64,000 nt of DNA from Betaproteobacteria bacterium (GCA_037141795.1 JBAXBV010000002.1:6588-70587); one strand, 5' to 3'. Shown: positions 41,699-52,974, numbered from the stretch's first letter. The notes: generated by a model not told the origin, from the letters alone. Translations and numbers: made by a program.

Positions 41699-43054
41699 AT
41701 GTTCGAAAAGATCCTGATTGCAAACCGGGGCGAAATCGCCTTGCGGATTCAACGCGCCTGTCGTGAACTCGGCGTCAAGACCGTAGCGGTTCATTCCGAA
41801 GCCGACGCGGACGCAAAGTACGTGCGGCTCGCGGACGAATCGGTCTGCATCGGGCCCGCGCCCTCGAGCCAGAGTTACCTCAACATCCCGGCCATCATCA
41901 GCGCGGCGGAAGTCACGGATGCCGAGGCCATTCACCCGGGATACGGCTTTCTTTCCGAGAATGCGGATTTCGCCGAGCGTGTCGAGAAGAGCGGTTTTGT
42001 CTTCATCGGCCCCCGCCCGGAAACCATTCGTCTGATGGGGGACAAGGTCAGCGCGAAACAGGCGATGGTCAAGGCCGGGGTTCCGGTAGTTCCAGGCGTC
42101 GATGGCGCCTTGCCGGACAACCCGGCAGAGATCGTGAAGGCGGCCCGAGCCATAGGATATCCTGTGATCATCAAGGCTGCTGGCGGGGGGGGTGGACGTG
42201 GCATGCGTGTCGTCCACACGGAGGCCGCACTGCTCAACGCGGTCAATACCACCCGCTCCGAAGCTCAGGCTGCGTTCGGCAATCCCATGGTTTACGTAGA
42301 AAAGTTCCTGGAAAACCCGCGTCACATAGAGGTTCAGGTGCTCGCTGACGAACATCGCAACGCGGTGTCCCTGGGAACCAGGGACTGCTCCATGCAACGC
42401 CGGCATCAGAAGATCATAGAGGAGGCTCCAGCCCCGGGACTCACGGCGAGGGAACTCACCCGGATCGGGGATCGTTGCGCGGAAGCCTGCAGGAAGATCA
42501 ATTACCGCGGCGCGGGAACGTTCGAATTCCTTTATGAAAAAGGCGAGTTCTACTTCATCGAAATGAATACCCGTGTGCAAGTCGAACACCCGGTAACGGA
42601 AATGATCACCGGTGTCGATATCGTCCAGTCACAACTCCGCATCGCGGCGGGGGAAAAGCTTCCCTTCAGACAGCGGGATCTGGAGTTCCGTGGCCACGCC
42701 ATAGAGTGCCGCATCAATGCCGAACATCCCTTCAAGTTCACCCCGTCTCCAGGACGGATCACTTCCTGGCATGTGCCAGGCGGCCCCGGCATCCGGGTGG
42801 ACTCCCATGCATTCGCGAACTACGTGGTACCCCCTCACTATGATTCCCTGATCGGCAAACTCATCGCCTACGGTGCAACCCGGGAACAGGCGCTTGCGCG
42901 CATGCGGGTGGCACTCTCGGAGATGGTGGTGGAAGGCATTCACACCAACCTCCAGTTGCATCAGGAAATCATGCTCGACAGCGCCTTCCTTCGCAGCGGC
43001 ACCAGCATTCATTATCTGGAGCAGAAGCTCGCCCAGGCTGGCAGGGCGGACTGA
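41699..43054 (+). CDS. accC: Biotin carboxylase
   Basis: [34 protein letters not shown]. Confidence 0.97.
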   Translation: MFEKILIANRGEIALRIQRACRELGVKTVAVHSEADADAKYVRLADESVCIGPAPSSQSYLNIPAIISAAEVTDAEAIHPGYGFLSENADFAERVEKSGFVFIGPRPETIRLMGDKVSAKQAMVKAGVPVVPGVDGALPDNPAEIVKAARAIGYPVIIKAAGGGGGRGMRVVHTEAALLNAVNTTRSEAQAAFGNPMVYVEKFLENPRHIEVQVLADEHRNAVSLGTRDCSMQRRHQKIIEEAPAPGLTARELTRIGDRCAEACRKINYRGAGTFEFLYEKGEFYFIEMNTRVQVEHPVTEMITGVDIVQSQLRIAAGEKLPFRQRDLEFRGHAIECRINAEHPFKFTPSPGRITSWHVPGGPGIRVDSHAFANYVVPPHYDSLIGKLIAYGATREQALARMRVALSEMVVEGIHTNLQLHQEIMLDSAFLRSGTSIHYLEQKLAQAGRAD

Positions 43055-43072
43055 CTTCCGACGGGCCGAGCC

Positions 43073-43957
43073 GTGAACTGGCATACCGTCAGATTGGTCG
43101 TACGAGCCGAAGATGCAGACCTTCTGGGGGATGCGTTGCTGGATCACGGGGCGCTTTCCATCGACAGCGCGGATGCCGCTGCGGGAACTGATCTCGAACA
43201 TCCGATCTTCGCCGAGCCCGGGGCAGACCCGGGCAGGTGGCCCATGACAGAGTTGCGTGCGCTCTTCCAGCAGGAAATCGATGCAGCCGCGACCACGACT
43301 GCAGTGCTCCGCGCACTCGGCATTCGCCCAGCATCCTGCGTCGTCGAACAAACGCCGGAGCAAGACTGGGTTAGGCTCACTCAGACTCAATTCGGACCGG
43401 TGCGAGTGAGCAGCCGTTTGTGGGTTGTTCCCACCTGGTGCGAACCGCCCGGTGATGCATCGATCGTGCTTCGCCTCGACCCGGGCCTTGCATTCGGTAC
43501 CGGAACTCACCCCACCACCCGACTGTGCCTGGAGTGGCTCGATCACAACCTTTCTCCCGGAAGTAGTGTGCTGGACTACGGTTGCGGTTCGGGAATCCTA
43601 GCGATCGCCGCCGGACTCCTTGGGGCAGGAAGAGTGCGGGGGGTCGACGTGGATATCCAGGCTGTCGAGACCAGCCGACTCAATGCTGGGCTGAACAGGG
43701 TGGATGCCCTGTTTTCCGAACCCGACGCCATCGACAACCCACCTTCGGACATCGTGGTTGCCAACATTCTGGCAAATCCCCTTCGCGTGCTCGCGCCGCT
43801 GATCTGCGCGGCCTGCCGCCCCGGGGGCATGGTTGTCCTTTCGGGCGTGCTTTCGCCCCAGGCACCGGCGGTGATGGCAGACTACGAAACGTGGGTTGAC
43901 TTCCTTCCCGTGACGGAGGAGGACGGCTGGACATGCCTGTCTGGACGCCGCCGCTGA
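43073..43957 (+). CDS. prmA: Ribosomal protein L11 methyltransferase
   Basis: DPGLAFGTGTHPTT, LDYGCGSGIL, ANILA. Confidence 0.95.
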   Translation: MNWHTVRLVVRAEDADLLGDALLDHGALSIDSADAAAGTDLEHPIFAEPGADPGRWPMTELRALFQQEIDAAATTTAVLRALGIRPASCVVEQTPEQDWVRLTQTQFGPVRVSSRLWVVPTWCEPPGDASIVLRLDPGLAFGTGTHPTTRLCLEWLDHNLSPGSSVLDYGCGSGILAIAAGLLGAGRVRGVDVDIQAVETSRLNAGLNRVDALFSEPDAIDNPPSDIVVANILANPLRVLAPLICAACRPGGMVVLSGVLSPQAPAVMADYETWVDFLPVTEEDGWTCLSGRRR

Positions 43958-44164
43958 CATCGGGCGCCTCCGGTGGATTGCCGCGCGCAGGCCGGCAGTG
44001 GCCACCCAGCCGCTGCATTTCGTGAGAGGCACAGGCCGGAGAGATTGCCCTACCCGGAACCACGGTGGTCCCACCCACGCGGTGCTGAAATGAAGGGCCG
44101 CCCGCAAACCTCCACTCGAGGAAGCACTCGACCAGAAAACCTGACGGTTGACGGGAGTTAGCGC

Positions 44165-45229
44165 TTGTTCACCCGCTGCATGCATTGTGATGCCGTGTTT
44201 CGCGTGACGCTGGAGCAACTCCAGACATCCGGCGGACGAGTGCGTTGCGGTGTCTGCGAGGAGGTATTCGACGCGTTCATGCGGCTTACCGCACTGGACC
44301 CGAATGCGTCGCCTGCAACGTCCGCAGGGTCCGAAAGACCAGAGGCGGTCGACACAGGCACCATGGGACTCCTCGAGGCGGAATCCTCCGGAAAGGCCCG
44401 CCCGCTTCCCGGCAATGGTGATGCCCATTTCCGCAACCGGGGAAACAAAGTGGCTGGCGCGACGGGTGGTGCGGCCAGTGGCGTGAACGCGAACCTGAAA
44501 TCGATCGACGCTGCCTTGCTGAGGCTGACATCGTCCGCGTCGGACATCGATTACCCTCCCGATGATGCGAATGTTCCCCGTCTTCCGACAGCGTCGACTG
44601 AAACATCGCGGGATAGCGCGAGGCGGCTCTACGAGGAGTCCCGTCCTGAATCTGGACAAGACAAGGGCTCCGAACATCTTGATCTACCCCCAGCGCTGCT
44701 GTCTGCCCCCCGGACTCGCATGGCGCGCAAGCCGTTGCGCAGGGGTCTTGTTGCGCAGGCTGCCTTTGCGGGAGCAATCGTTCTGCTCCTCGGGGGTATT
44801 CTGGTTCAGGCCTTCATCTTCTTCCGGGGCGAAATCGCTGTTGCGTGGCCGGGTTCACGCGGCGCCATGGATCGGATCTGCCGGGTCATCGGCTGCACGA
44901 ATCCGCTGCCGCGGCTTACGGACAAGCTGGTGATCGAGTCGTCGGATCTTCAGGCTCTGGATCCTGCCCGGCCAAATCGGGTGGTCCTCATGGCAAACCT
45001 GCACAACACTGCTGCATCCATCCAGGCATGGCCAACACTGGAACTGACGCTACTCGACGGCCGGGAAAATCCTTCCGCCACGCGCATTCTCGAGCCAGAG
45101 GAATATCTGCCATCGAATCTCCCGGCAACTGCAGGCATGCCGGCCAACGCCGAAGTGGAGATCCGTCTGCAATTGGACACGGGATCACTGGAAGCCGTTG
45201 GCTATCGACTCTTCCTTTTCCATCGCTAG
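44165..45229 (+). CDS. Zinc-ribbon / DUF3426 membrane protein
   Basis: CxxC...VRCGxC zinc ribbon, single TM, C...C, C-terminal GYRL.LF; typical prmA neighbour. Confidence 0.85.
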   Translation: MFTRCMHCDAVFRVTLEQLQTSGGRVRCGVCEEVFDAFMRLTALDPNASPATSAGSERPEAVDTGTMGLLEAESSGKARPLPGNGDAHFRNRGNKVAGATGGAASGVNANLKSIDAALLRLTSSASDIDYPPDDANVPRLPTASTETSRDSARRLYEESRPESGQDKGSEHLDLPPALLSAPRTRMARKPLRRGLVAQAAFAGAIVLLLGGILVQAFIFFRGEIAVAWPGSRGAMDRICRVIGCTNPLPRLTDKLVIESSDLQALDPARPNRVVLMANLHNTAASIQAWPTLELTLLDGRENPSATRILEPEEYLPSNLPATAGMPANAEVEIRLQLDTGSLEAVGYRLFLFHR

Positions 45230-45381
45230 CGCAAGGCAAAGGCAATTCCCTTGTTCCGCGAGGTGGCCGTCGGCATACTTTACATGGTCGGAACCTCGGT
45301 CTCGCGAGGCGTCCGGCCACCGGACACCGGAGATCAGTACCGCCGGTGTCCATGACATCAGCAACCATAACTGGAGATCCC

Positions 45382-45882
45382 TTGGCTACCGTCACCCTGA
45401 AAGGCAACCCAGTCCCGGTCAACGGGACACTCCCTCAACCCGGCAGCGTCGCCCCCCCCTTCACCCTGGCTTCCAGGGAACTGTCAGACCTCGGCCTGGA
45501 AACCTGGGCCGGAAAGCGCAAGGTGCTCAACATCGTACCGAGCCTAGACACGCCGACGTGCCAGAAATCGACCCGTGTGTTCAACGAAAAGGCGTCGGCT
45601 CTGCGAAATACGGTGGTCCTGGTAATCGCGGCGGATCTGCCGTTTGCCATGGCTCGGTTTTGCGGGGCGGAGGGACTGTCGAACGTCGTCACCTTGTCCA
45701 CATTCCGCGGCAGGGATTTTCATCACGATTACGGCGTTGACATCACCGATGGTCCTCTGCGGGGGCTGACCGCTCGCGCGGTTGTCGTTCTGAACGAGGA
45801 CAACGATGTCATCCACTCAGAACTCGTCCCCGAAATTGCCGATGAGCCCGACTACGACGCCGCGCTTGCCGCACTTGCTTAG
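45382..45882 (+). CDS. tpx: Thiol peroxidase
   Basis: TTG start after GGAG; [24 protein letters not shown]. Confidence 0.94.
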   Translation: MATVTLKGNPVPVNGTLPQPGSVAPPFTLASRELSDLGLETWAGKRKVLNIVPSLDTPTCQKSTRVFNEKASALRNTVVLVIAADLPFAMARFCGAEGLSNVVTLSTFRGRDFHHDYGVDITDGPLRGLTARAVVVLNEDNDVIHSELVPEIADEPDYDAALAALA

Positions 45883-46233
45883 CGCCGTCCGACGACAAAC
45901 CGAACAGCACCCCGAATGACTCCCTGGCTGCGCGAGGGTTTACCCCTCCGCAGCCCGGGTCGTTTCCGGAAGCCCGCCGATCGTATCCGTCTTCATTCCG
46001 GCCAGTATCGACATTGCCGATCCGGAAGGCGCCACCACTAACCGAGAACTCTTGTCCCCGCCAATCGAGGCCTCGGGCGCCCGCTATCGAGTCCGCGGCG
46101 GCGGGAGCCGTGTACTCGCGGGATCCCTGCATCCAGAACCGCTGGTCCTCGTCGAGTTCGACTCTATGGAATCTGACGAATCGCCGCACCACGCGCCCGC
46201 CCGAGCGCGCTGGCGTTGCGATTTTGCAGGGCC

Positions 46234-46346
46234 TGGCACGGACCGCGCTTCTCGTACCCGTTCACAGGCGCGAGACTCGTCATGGTCGGGTTTTTGCCAA
46301 AAAAAATCATATGCTTTTGACGATAATGTCGTAACATTTTCAGAAT
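46234..46346 (+). promoter_or_regulatory. Candidate promoter region of the kinase/cyclase cluster
   Basis: TGGCACG-N4-GCGCT (GG-N10-GC, weak -12) at 46234-46249; AT-rich block with TTGACG-N18-CAGAAT at 46317-46346. Confidence 0.3.
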
Positions 46347-46397
46347 ATTTGCATAACTGGTTTGTCCACAGTGCGTTAGGGCATCGCAATTGCGGCA

Positions 46398-48944
46398 ATG
46401 AACAAGCTCACGATCTGGAAATCGGACTGGGTGCTGGCACTGGCCATCGCCGCGGTTTTTCTTTTTCTTTCGCGGAGTGAGCCGCTACAGGGCCTGGAAC
46501 GGCAGGCGTACGATCTGGGCCTTCGGGCAACGGGACACACTGCCAGCGATCAGGTGGCCGTCATTGCGATCGATGACATATCAATCAGCAACATTGGTCG
46601 CTGGCCCTGGCCGCGGGATGTCCACGCGCGAATGCTGGACACCCTCTCCCGTGCGAAGGCCAAGGTTGTGGCATACACGGTCTTTTTCTCGGAACCTCAG
46701 ACCGATGCCGGCCTTTCCTACATAGAAAAACTGCGCGAAGCCTATTCGGCAATCCCGGAGGAGTCCCGGGAAGGCTTGGCACCCATCTCCTCGCTCCTGT
46801 CCGAGGCTGAAGAGAACCTCAATACGGACAGAAAGCTGGCTGCGGCCATTGGCAGGACCGGGAACGTCATCCTTCCGCTGCTTTTCGAGATTGGCGAGCC
46901 GAGGGGCAACCCGGATGCAGATCTCCCCGACTTCGTCTTGAGAACCAGCCTGCCAACAGTGGAGGACAGGGTGGGGGCCGCGGAGGAAGGTTCTTACCCG
47001 ATCCCGAGTGTCAGAGCCCTCGCGCCTCTGGAACAACTCGGTACCGTGGCGGCCGGCGCCGGACACCTCAATGCCACCCCCGATGTCGATGGCGGTATTC
47101 GGCAGGAACCGCTCGTGATCCGCTACTACGACAAGTTCTTTCCGTCCCTTTCACTGGCGGTCGCGGCAAGGAGTCTGAACCTTACCAGCAAGGATGTCTC
47201 GATTCAGTTGGGGGAGGGCGTCCGGTTGGGGAAACTGACGATCCGGACAGACCCGAGACTGCTGATGTACACGTATTTCTACAAGGACAGGGACGGTCGC
47301 GCCGCCTTTCCGGTGGATTCCTTCTACGATGTCCTGAGCGGAAAGATCCCGGCAGAGAAGTACCGTGACAAGATCGTGCTGATCGGGCCAACAGCCGCCG
47401 GGGTGGGAACCGCGCAGGTGACGCCGATCTCTCCAGTGATGTTTCCGGTTCTCACGCTGGCCCATTCCATTTCGAGCATCCTGCAGGAGGACTTCTTTGT
47501 CGCTCCATCCTGGGGAGGCTGGGCGGAGGCCGGCGTCTTCCTTCTCATGACGGCGTATCTGGTTCTTGCTCTCCCGCGACTTCGAGCAGGAGCGGCTGCA
47601 GCCGTGACGGCGGGTCTGATCGCGGTACTTCTGGTGGTCCATTTCGTTCTGATGACTCGGCAACTCATTTGGATCCCGCTGATGAGTCCCGTCGTGCTGC
47701 TCATCGTGGGTCACCTCGCGCTGACGACGAAACGGTATCTCGCGACCGAGCGCGGAAAGATCAGGTCGGACGGAGAATCGGCAGAATCCAACCGCATGCT
47801 CGGTCTGGCGTTCCAGGGGCAGGGCCAGCTGGACATGGCCTTCGACAAGTTCCGGAAGTGTCCCCTCAACGACACCCTGCTCGACAACCTGTACAACCTC
47901 GCTCTGGATTTCGAGCGCAAGCGCCAGTTCAACAAGGCGCAGGCGGTCTACGAGCATATGTCATCCCACAACCCTGGTTTCAGGGATCTGTCGCAGAAGC
48001 TTGCGCGGGCAAGACAGTTGTCGGAAACCGTGATGCTGGGCGGCGCCTCGGGCCGGACGAATGCATCTCTCCTCTCGGTCGACGGGGGCCAGGTGGAGAA
48101 ACCGATGCTGGGGCGCTACCAGGTGGAGCGTGAACTCGGCAAGGGCGCCATGGGGGTGGTCTATTGCGGGAGAGATCCCAAGATCGGCCGGGTGGTCGCC
48201 ATCAAGACCATGGCGCTTTCACAGGAGTTCGAGGCGGATGAACTCCAGGACGTCAAGGAAAGGTTCTTCCGCGAGGCTGAAACGGCAGGACGTCTCAACC
48301 ACCCGAACATCGTGACCATCTACGACGCGGGAGAGGAACACGACCTAGCCTTCATAGCGATGGAGTTCCTGACGGGGCGCGATCTGACACCCTTCACCAA
48401 AGCGGGTACCCTTCTTCCGGTGCCGAAAGTCATGGAAATCGTTGCCCAGGTGGCGGAAGCGCTTGACTATGCTCACAGGCAGAACGTGGTTCACAGGGAT
48501 ATCAAGCCGGCAAACATCATGTACGACCCCGATACGGAAACCGTGAAGGTCACGGATTTCGGAATCGCACGCATTACCGATTCGTCCAGAACCAAGACGG
48601 GTTTGGTGCTCGGTACTCCGTCTTTCATGTCTCCCGAGCAACTGGCGGGTCACAAGATCGACGGGCAATCGGACCTCTTCTCGCTTGGAGTAACTCTCTT
48701 CCAACTGGCGAGTGGCGCTCTGCCATTCCAAGCGGACTCCATGACCCAACTCATGTACAAGATAGCGAATGAACCACCCGTCGATATTCTGGCGGTGAAT
48801 CCAACCCTGCCTTCCTGTCTGGTAGCGATCATCGATCGATGCCTTGCGAAGAACAAGGCGGACCGGCTCGGATCCGGAGAGGAACTCGCGGCCGCGCTCC
48901 GGGCTTGCGCGTCTGGATATCAGGACCTGGACGTGGTCCTGTGA
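46398..48944 (+). CDS. CHASE2-domain membrane Hanks-type Ser/Thr protein kinase
   Basis: CHASE2 (IAIDD..I..IGRWPWPR, PDVDGGIR), three TMs, TPR-like helices, LGKGAMGVVY, VAIK, HRDIKPAN, DFG, GTPSFMSPE. Confidence 0.94.
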   Translation: MNKLTIWKSDWVLALAIAAVFLFLSRSEPLQGLERQAYDLGLRATGHTASDQVAVIAIDDISISNIGRWPWPRDVHARMLDTLSRAKAKVVAYTVFFSEPQTDAGLSYIEKLREAYSAIPEESREGLAPISSLLSEAEENLNTDRKLAAAIGRTGNVILPLLFEIGEPRGNPDADLPDFVLRTSLPTVEDRVGAAEEGSYPIPSVRALAPLEQLGTVAAGAGHLNATPDVDGGIRQEPLVIRYYDKFFPSLSLAVAARSLNLTSKDVSIQLGEGVRLGKLTIRTDPRLLMYTYFYKDRDGRAAFPVDSFYDVLSGKIPAEKYRDKIVLIGPTAAGVGTAQVTPISPVMFPVLTLAHSISSILQEDFFVAPSWGGWAEAGVFLLMTAYLVLALPRLRAGAAAAVTAGLIAVLLVVHFVLMTRQLIWIPLMSPVVLLIVGHLALTTKRYLATERGKIRSDGESAESNRMLGLAFQGQGQLDMAFDKFRKCPLNDTLLDNLYNLALDFERKRQFNKAQAVYEHMSSHNPGFRDLSQKLARARQLSETVMLGGASGRTNASLLSVDGGQVEKPMLGRYQVERELGKGAMGVVYCGRDPKIGRVVAIKTMALSQEFEADELQDVKERFFREAETAGRLNHPNIVTIYDAGEEHDLAFIAMEFLTGRDLTPFTKAGTLLPVPKVMEIVAQVAEALDYAHRQNVVHRDIKPANIMYDPDTETVKVTDFGIARITDSSRTKTGLVLGTPSFMSPEQLAGHKIDGQSDLFSLGVTLFQLASGALPFQADSMTQLMYKIANEPPVDILAVNPTLPSCLVAIIDRCLAKNKADRLGSGEELAAALRACASGYQDLDVVL

Positions 48945-48948
48945 CAAG

Positions 48949-49773
48949 ATGAACGTCGGCAAATCTCTGGAAGTTGCCAGCGCGACCCACACGGGCATGG
49001 TTCGCGCACACAACGAGGACGCAATTGCCACGGATCCGACGATCGGGCTAGCCGTTCTGGCTGACGGAATGGGGGGCTACAACGCGGGAGAGGTGGCAAG
49101 TGGCATCGCCGTAGCCCTCATTACATCGGAAATGCGACAGGCGATCTCCGATACCGGGTTGCTTTCCCTGGGCCAGGGCGATGGTGACGCTCAGGCCACG
49201 CGCCTTCTCAGGAACATAATCGCGAAGACGAATGCCTCCATATTCGAATCCGCCAACAGTCAGCCCCAGTACGCCGGTATGGGTACGACTCTGGTTGTGG
49301 CGCTCTTCCGGGACAACAGGCTTTCCGTCGCTCACATCGGTGACTCCCGGCTTTACCGTTTGCGCGACGATCGGCTTGAACAGATTACCCGCGATCACTC
49401 CCTGCTTCAGGAGCAGATCGACTCGGGAATGCTTACCAAGGAAGCCGCGCGGCGATCGCACAACAAGAACCTGGTGACCCGCGCGCTGGGCATCGAACTG
49501 GAAGTCGAGACAGAAGTGCACACGTACGACGCGCAATCAGGGGATATCTACCTGCTCTGCTCGGATGGGCTCAACGACATGGTTGAGGACGAGGATATCG
49601 AACTCACCCTGAACGCGATGGGCGCAAACCTGCCTCTGGCTGCGAATCAGTTGGTCCAGATGGCCAACGACAATGGTGGACGCGACAACGTTTCCGTCGT
49701 GCTGGTGAAGGTGCTCCGGGAGTTTCCGGCTGCCGACACATGGCTCCAGCGGGTACTGTCGTGGTTCAAGTGA
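48949..49773 (+). CDS. PP2C-family Ser/Thr phosphatase
   Basis: R.HNEDA, ADGMGG, GMGTT, AHIGDSR, LCSDGL, GGRDNVS. Confidence 0.94.
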   Translation: MNVGKSLEVASATHTGMVRAHNEDAIATDPTIGLAVLADGMGGYNAGEVASGIAVALITSEMRQAISDTGLLSLGQGDGDAQATRLLRNIIAKTNASIFESANSQPQYAGMGTTLVVALFRDNRLSVAHIGDSRLYRLRDDRLEQITRDHSLLQEQIDSGMLTKEAARRSHNKNLVTRALGIELEVETEVHTYDAQSGDIYLLCSDGLNDMVEDEDIELTLNAMGANLPLAANQLVQMANDNGGRDNVSVVLVKVLREFPAADTWLQRVLSWFK

Positions 49774-49790
49774 AGACGGGGACGGACTCT

Positions 49791-50612
49791 ATGGCCAAGT
49801 TGATACTCACGCTCGATGGTGTGGTACTCAAGGAATACGCTCTCACGAAAGAGAGAACCACTATTGGCAGGAAGGCCCACAACGACGTTCAGATCGACAA
49901 TCTCGCGATCAGCGGCGAGCACGCCGCAATCGTAACGATACTGAACGATTCCTTTCTTGAGGATCTCGGGAGCACGAACGGCACCCTGGTCAATGGCCAG
50001 CCGATCAAGAAGCACTTTCTCCAGAACGGGGATTCAGTCGAGATCGGCAAGTACAAGATCAAGTACGTCAGTGACCAGGCGAACGCCGCCACTGCCGCGG
50101 ATTTCGAAAAGACCATGGTACTGCGCCCGCCGAAAGCGTCGGATGCCCGGACTGGCGATGTCCAGAGCGCCACGCGCACGGATATCAGGAGAATGGCCGG
50201 TGACGCCGCGAGCCAGGCCTCGGCGGTTACGACATCGCACCCGATTCCTTCGACGATGCAGACGCATCCCGGGGTGACCCCCCCTCGGCTGCCCGTCGCG
50301 CCTCCTCCCTCAGCAAGCGCTGCCGCATCAGGGTCGGCTCCCAGTCAGGGAATGATCCAGATTCTTTCCGGCCCCAATGCCGGCCGGGAACTGCCCCTCG
50401 TCAAGGCGCTCACGACGCTCGGAAAACCGGGCGTCGAGGTGGCGGTAATCGCCAAACGGCCCCAGGGTTACTTCCTGACGCACGTCGAAGGAGTCAAGTT
50501 CCCCATCGTGAATGGAAAGTCACTGGATTCCCAGGCAAGGCTGCTCAGTGACCACGACATCGTCGAACTGGCTGGCGTGAAGATGGAGTTCTTCTTCAAG
50601 CCGCCGGCATAA
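49791..50612 (+). CDS. FHA-domain protein (canonical FHA, Pro/Thr-rich linker, degenerate second FHA)
   Basis: IGR, ISGEHA, DLGSTNGT in the N-domain; C-domain has LGK/VNG but no SxxH. Confidence 0.9.
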   Translation: MAKLILTLDGVVLKEYALTKERTTIGRKAHNDVQIDNLAISGEHAAIVTILNDSFLEDLGSTNGTLVNGQPIKKHFLQNGDSVEIGKYKIKYVSDQANAATAADFEKTMVLRPPKASDARTGDVQSATRTDIRRMAGDAASQASAVTTSHPIPSTMQTHPGVTPPRLPVAPPPSASAAASGSAPSQGMIQILSGPNAGRELPLVKALTTLGKPGVEVAVIAKRPQGYFLTHVEGVKFPIVNGKSLDSQARLLSDHDIVELAGVKMEFFFKPPA

Positions 50613-50751
50613 CCTGCCCAGGACGGGGCCAGTCGCGGTCCACAGGGCGGGTGTACGTCGCACGCAAGTGCCTCATCCGCGAGCCAGTCGTTCCGACGGC
50701 CGTCTGTTCCCTGCCGAATCGCCCGGAGGGGCCAGCGAAATCTCCTACGAC

Positions 50752-52965
50752 ATGAAGAAATCCGGCATTCGTATCTTCCTGGGGCTGCTCGTTGTTGCCG
50801 GCTTCATGCTCCAGGCTGCGCACTACCTGCAGATACCCGTCCTGACGCGCCTCGAACTGATCGCCTACGATACGCGGGTGCGGATGACGATGCCGGGTAC
50901 CGTCGACGATCGCATCGTGATTGTCGACATCGACGAGAAAAGCCTGGCGGAAGAGGGCCGCTGGCCTTGGCGAAGAAACCGCCTTGCGGCGCTCCTGGAC
51001 AAGCTGTTCGATCACTACGGCGCGACCGTGGTCGGCCTCGACATCGTTCTCTCGGAGAAAGACGAAAGTTCGGGCCTCGACACTCTCCGCGAAATGGCCA
51101 GGTCGGAATTCAAGGACAATCCCCAGTTCGGTCATCTTGTCGATACCCTTGCGCCAAAACTGGAGTACGACCGCGTTCTGGCGGAGTCCCTGCGCGGACG
51201 CCCGGTGGTGCTGGGATACTACTTCTCGGCACAGAGCGGTCTTGCCATAGGCGCCCTGCCACCGCCGGTTCTGGCTGCGGGTTCCTTTACCGGTCGGAAC
51301 ATCGACTTTTCCACATTTCCCGGATACGGGAGCAACCTGGGGACACTCCAGAAAGCGGCCGCGAGTGCCGGTCACTTCAATCCTGAACCGGACGTGGACG
51401 GGATACTCCGGCGCGTCCCCATGCTCGTTCGCTATCAGGATGCCTTCTACGAGCCCCTTGCCCTGGCAATGGTCAGGGTGCTGTTCAAGTCACCTCCTGT
51501 CGTCCCCGGTTACCCGGCAGACAGCATGCTGAATCGGGGCTACCCCGGACTGGAATGGCTCGAGGCAGGGCCCGTCAGGGTTCCGGTGGATGCAACCGCC
51601 AGTGCACTCGCCCCCTATCGCGGGCCGCAGGGCAGCTTTCCCTATGTGTCGGCGTCGGACGTGCTGCGGGAACGCACTCCCGTAGACGGGATCAGGGGGC
51701 GCATGGTGCTCATTGGCACCACGGCCCCCGGGCTTCAGGACATCAGGTCCGCGCCTGTTGCAAATCTTTTCCCGGGCGTGGAGATTCACGCAAACCTTAT
51801 CGCGGGCATTCTCGATGGTTCGATCAAGCAGCGCCCCCCCTATGTGCTGGGCGCGGAGATCGTCCTGCTTGGCATCGTCGGCACTCTTCTGTCGGTGACC
51901 CTGGCCTTCATGACACCCCTCAGGGCCACGGCGCTGGCGGCTGTGACACTCGTTGGCGTGGCAGGAGTCAATCTGGCGGTCTGGCGGTACGGCAATCTGG
52001 TCCTGCCGGTTGCCTCGGGCCTTGCCATGGTGGTCACGCTCTTCTCCCTCAACATGAGCTACGGCTACTTCAGCGAGTCCCGCGCGAAGCAGCGCATGAC
52101 CGGGCTGTTCGGCCAGTACGTACCGCCAGAACTCGTGGACGAGATGAGCCTGCACCCCGAACGCTTTTCCATGGAGGGGGAAAGCCGCGAAATGACCGTC
52201 CTGTTCTCTGACGTACGCGGCTTCACTTCGATCTCGGAGGGGCTGGAACCAAAAACGCTTTCTCGCCTAATGAATGACTATCTGACGCCGATGACAAGAG
52301 TGATACACGGGCAGCGCGGCACGATCGACAAGTACATGGGCGACGCCATCATGGCGTTCTGGGGAGCACCCCTCGAGGACCCTCAACATGCCCGGCATGC
52401 GGTGCTGGCGGGTCTCGAGATGAATCGGCGCCTGGATGCACTGGCATCGGATTTCCAGTCGAAGGGGTGGCCGGCACTGAAGATAGGAGTCGGCGTGAAT
52501 ACAGGCAGGATGAGCGTGGGAAACATGGGTTCGGAAATCCGCGTTGCCTATACGGTCATGAGCGACACGGTGAACCTTGCGTCGCGGCTGGAAGGTCTCA
52601 CGAAGCGCTACGGCGTCTCGATGCTGGTGGGAGAGGCCACTCGCGCCGCGGTCCCGGATGTGGCGTTCCGCGAGGTCGATCGCGTCCGGGTCAAGGGCAA
52701 GGAAGAACCTGTCACCATCCATGAACCCCTGGGACTGCAGACCGAAGTCCCCAAAGCTGCCATGGACAGGGTTACACTCTTTCAGCAGGTACTCAAGTTC
52801 TATCGGGCGCAGGAGTGGGACATGGCCGAACTGCAGCTACTGAATCTACAACGCGCAGACCCTGCGGATGGACTCTATGCAGCTTTCCTCGAACGCATCA
52901 CGCACCTGCGTGCCCATCCTCCCGGGACTGACTGGGATGGCATCTTCGACTTCGACAGCAAGTAG
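50752..52965 (+). CDS. CHASE2-domain class III adenylate cyclase
   Basis: CHASE2 (VDIDEKSL..EGRWPW), TMs, FSDVRGFT, DKYMGD (Lys), YTV (Thr), VNLASRLE. Confidence 0.92.
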   Translation: MKKSGIRIFLGLLVVAGFMLQAAHYLQIPVLTRLELIAYDTRVRMTMPGTVDDRIVIVDIDEKSLAEEGRWPWRRNRLAALLDKLFDHYGATVVGLDIVLSEKDESSGLDTLREMARSEFKDNPQFGHLVDTLAPKLEYDRVLAESLRGRPVVLGYYFSAQSGLAIGALPPPVLAAGSFTGRNIDFSTFPGYGSNLGTLQKAAASAGHFNPEPDVDGILRRVPMLVRYQDAFYEPLALAMVRVLFKSPPVVPGYPADSMLNRGYPGLEWLEAGPVRVPVDATASALAPYRGPQGSFPYVSASDVLRERTPVDGIRGRMVLIGTTAPGLQDIRSAPVANLFPGVEIHANLIAGILDGSIKQRPPYVLGAEIVLLGIVGTLLSVTLAFMTPLRATALAAVTLVGVAGVNLAVWRYGNLVLPVASGLAMVVTLFSLNMSYGYFSESRAKQRMTGLFGQYVPPELVDEMSLHPERFSMEGESREMTVLFSDVRGFTSISEGLEPKTLSRLMNDYLTPMTRVIHGQRGTIDKYMGDAIMAFWGAPLEDPQHARHAVLAGLEMNRRLDALASDFQSKGWPALKIGVGVNTGRMSVGNMGSEIRVAYTVMSDTVNLASRLEGLTKRYGVSMLVGEATRAAVPDVAFREVDRVRVKGKEEPVTIHEPLGLQTEVPKAAMDRVTLFQQVLKFYRAQEWDMAELQLLNLQRADPADGLYAAFLERITHLRAHPPGTDWDGIFDFDSK

Positions 52966-52974
52966 GCCCCCTCG

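Noticed and set aside
46398-50612. Kinase/PP2C/FHA as a T6SS locus
   Set aside because: No tss, hcp, vgrG or clpV genes in the window, and the kinase architecture (N-terminal CHASE2) differs from PpkA.
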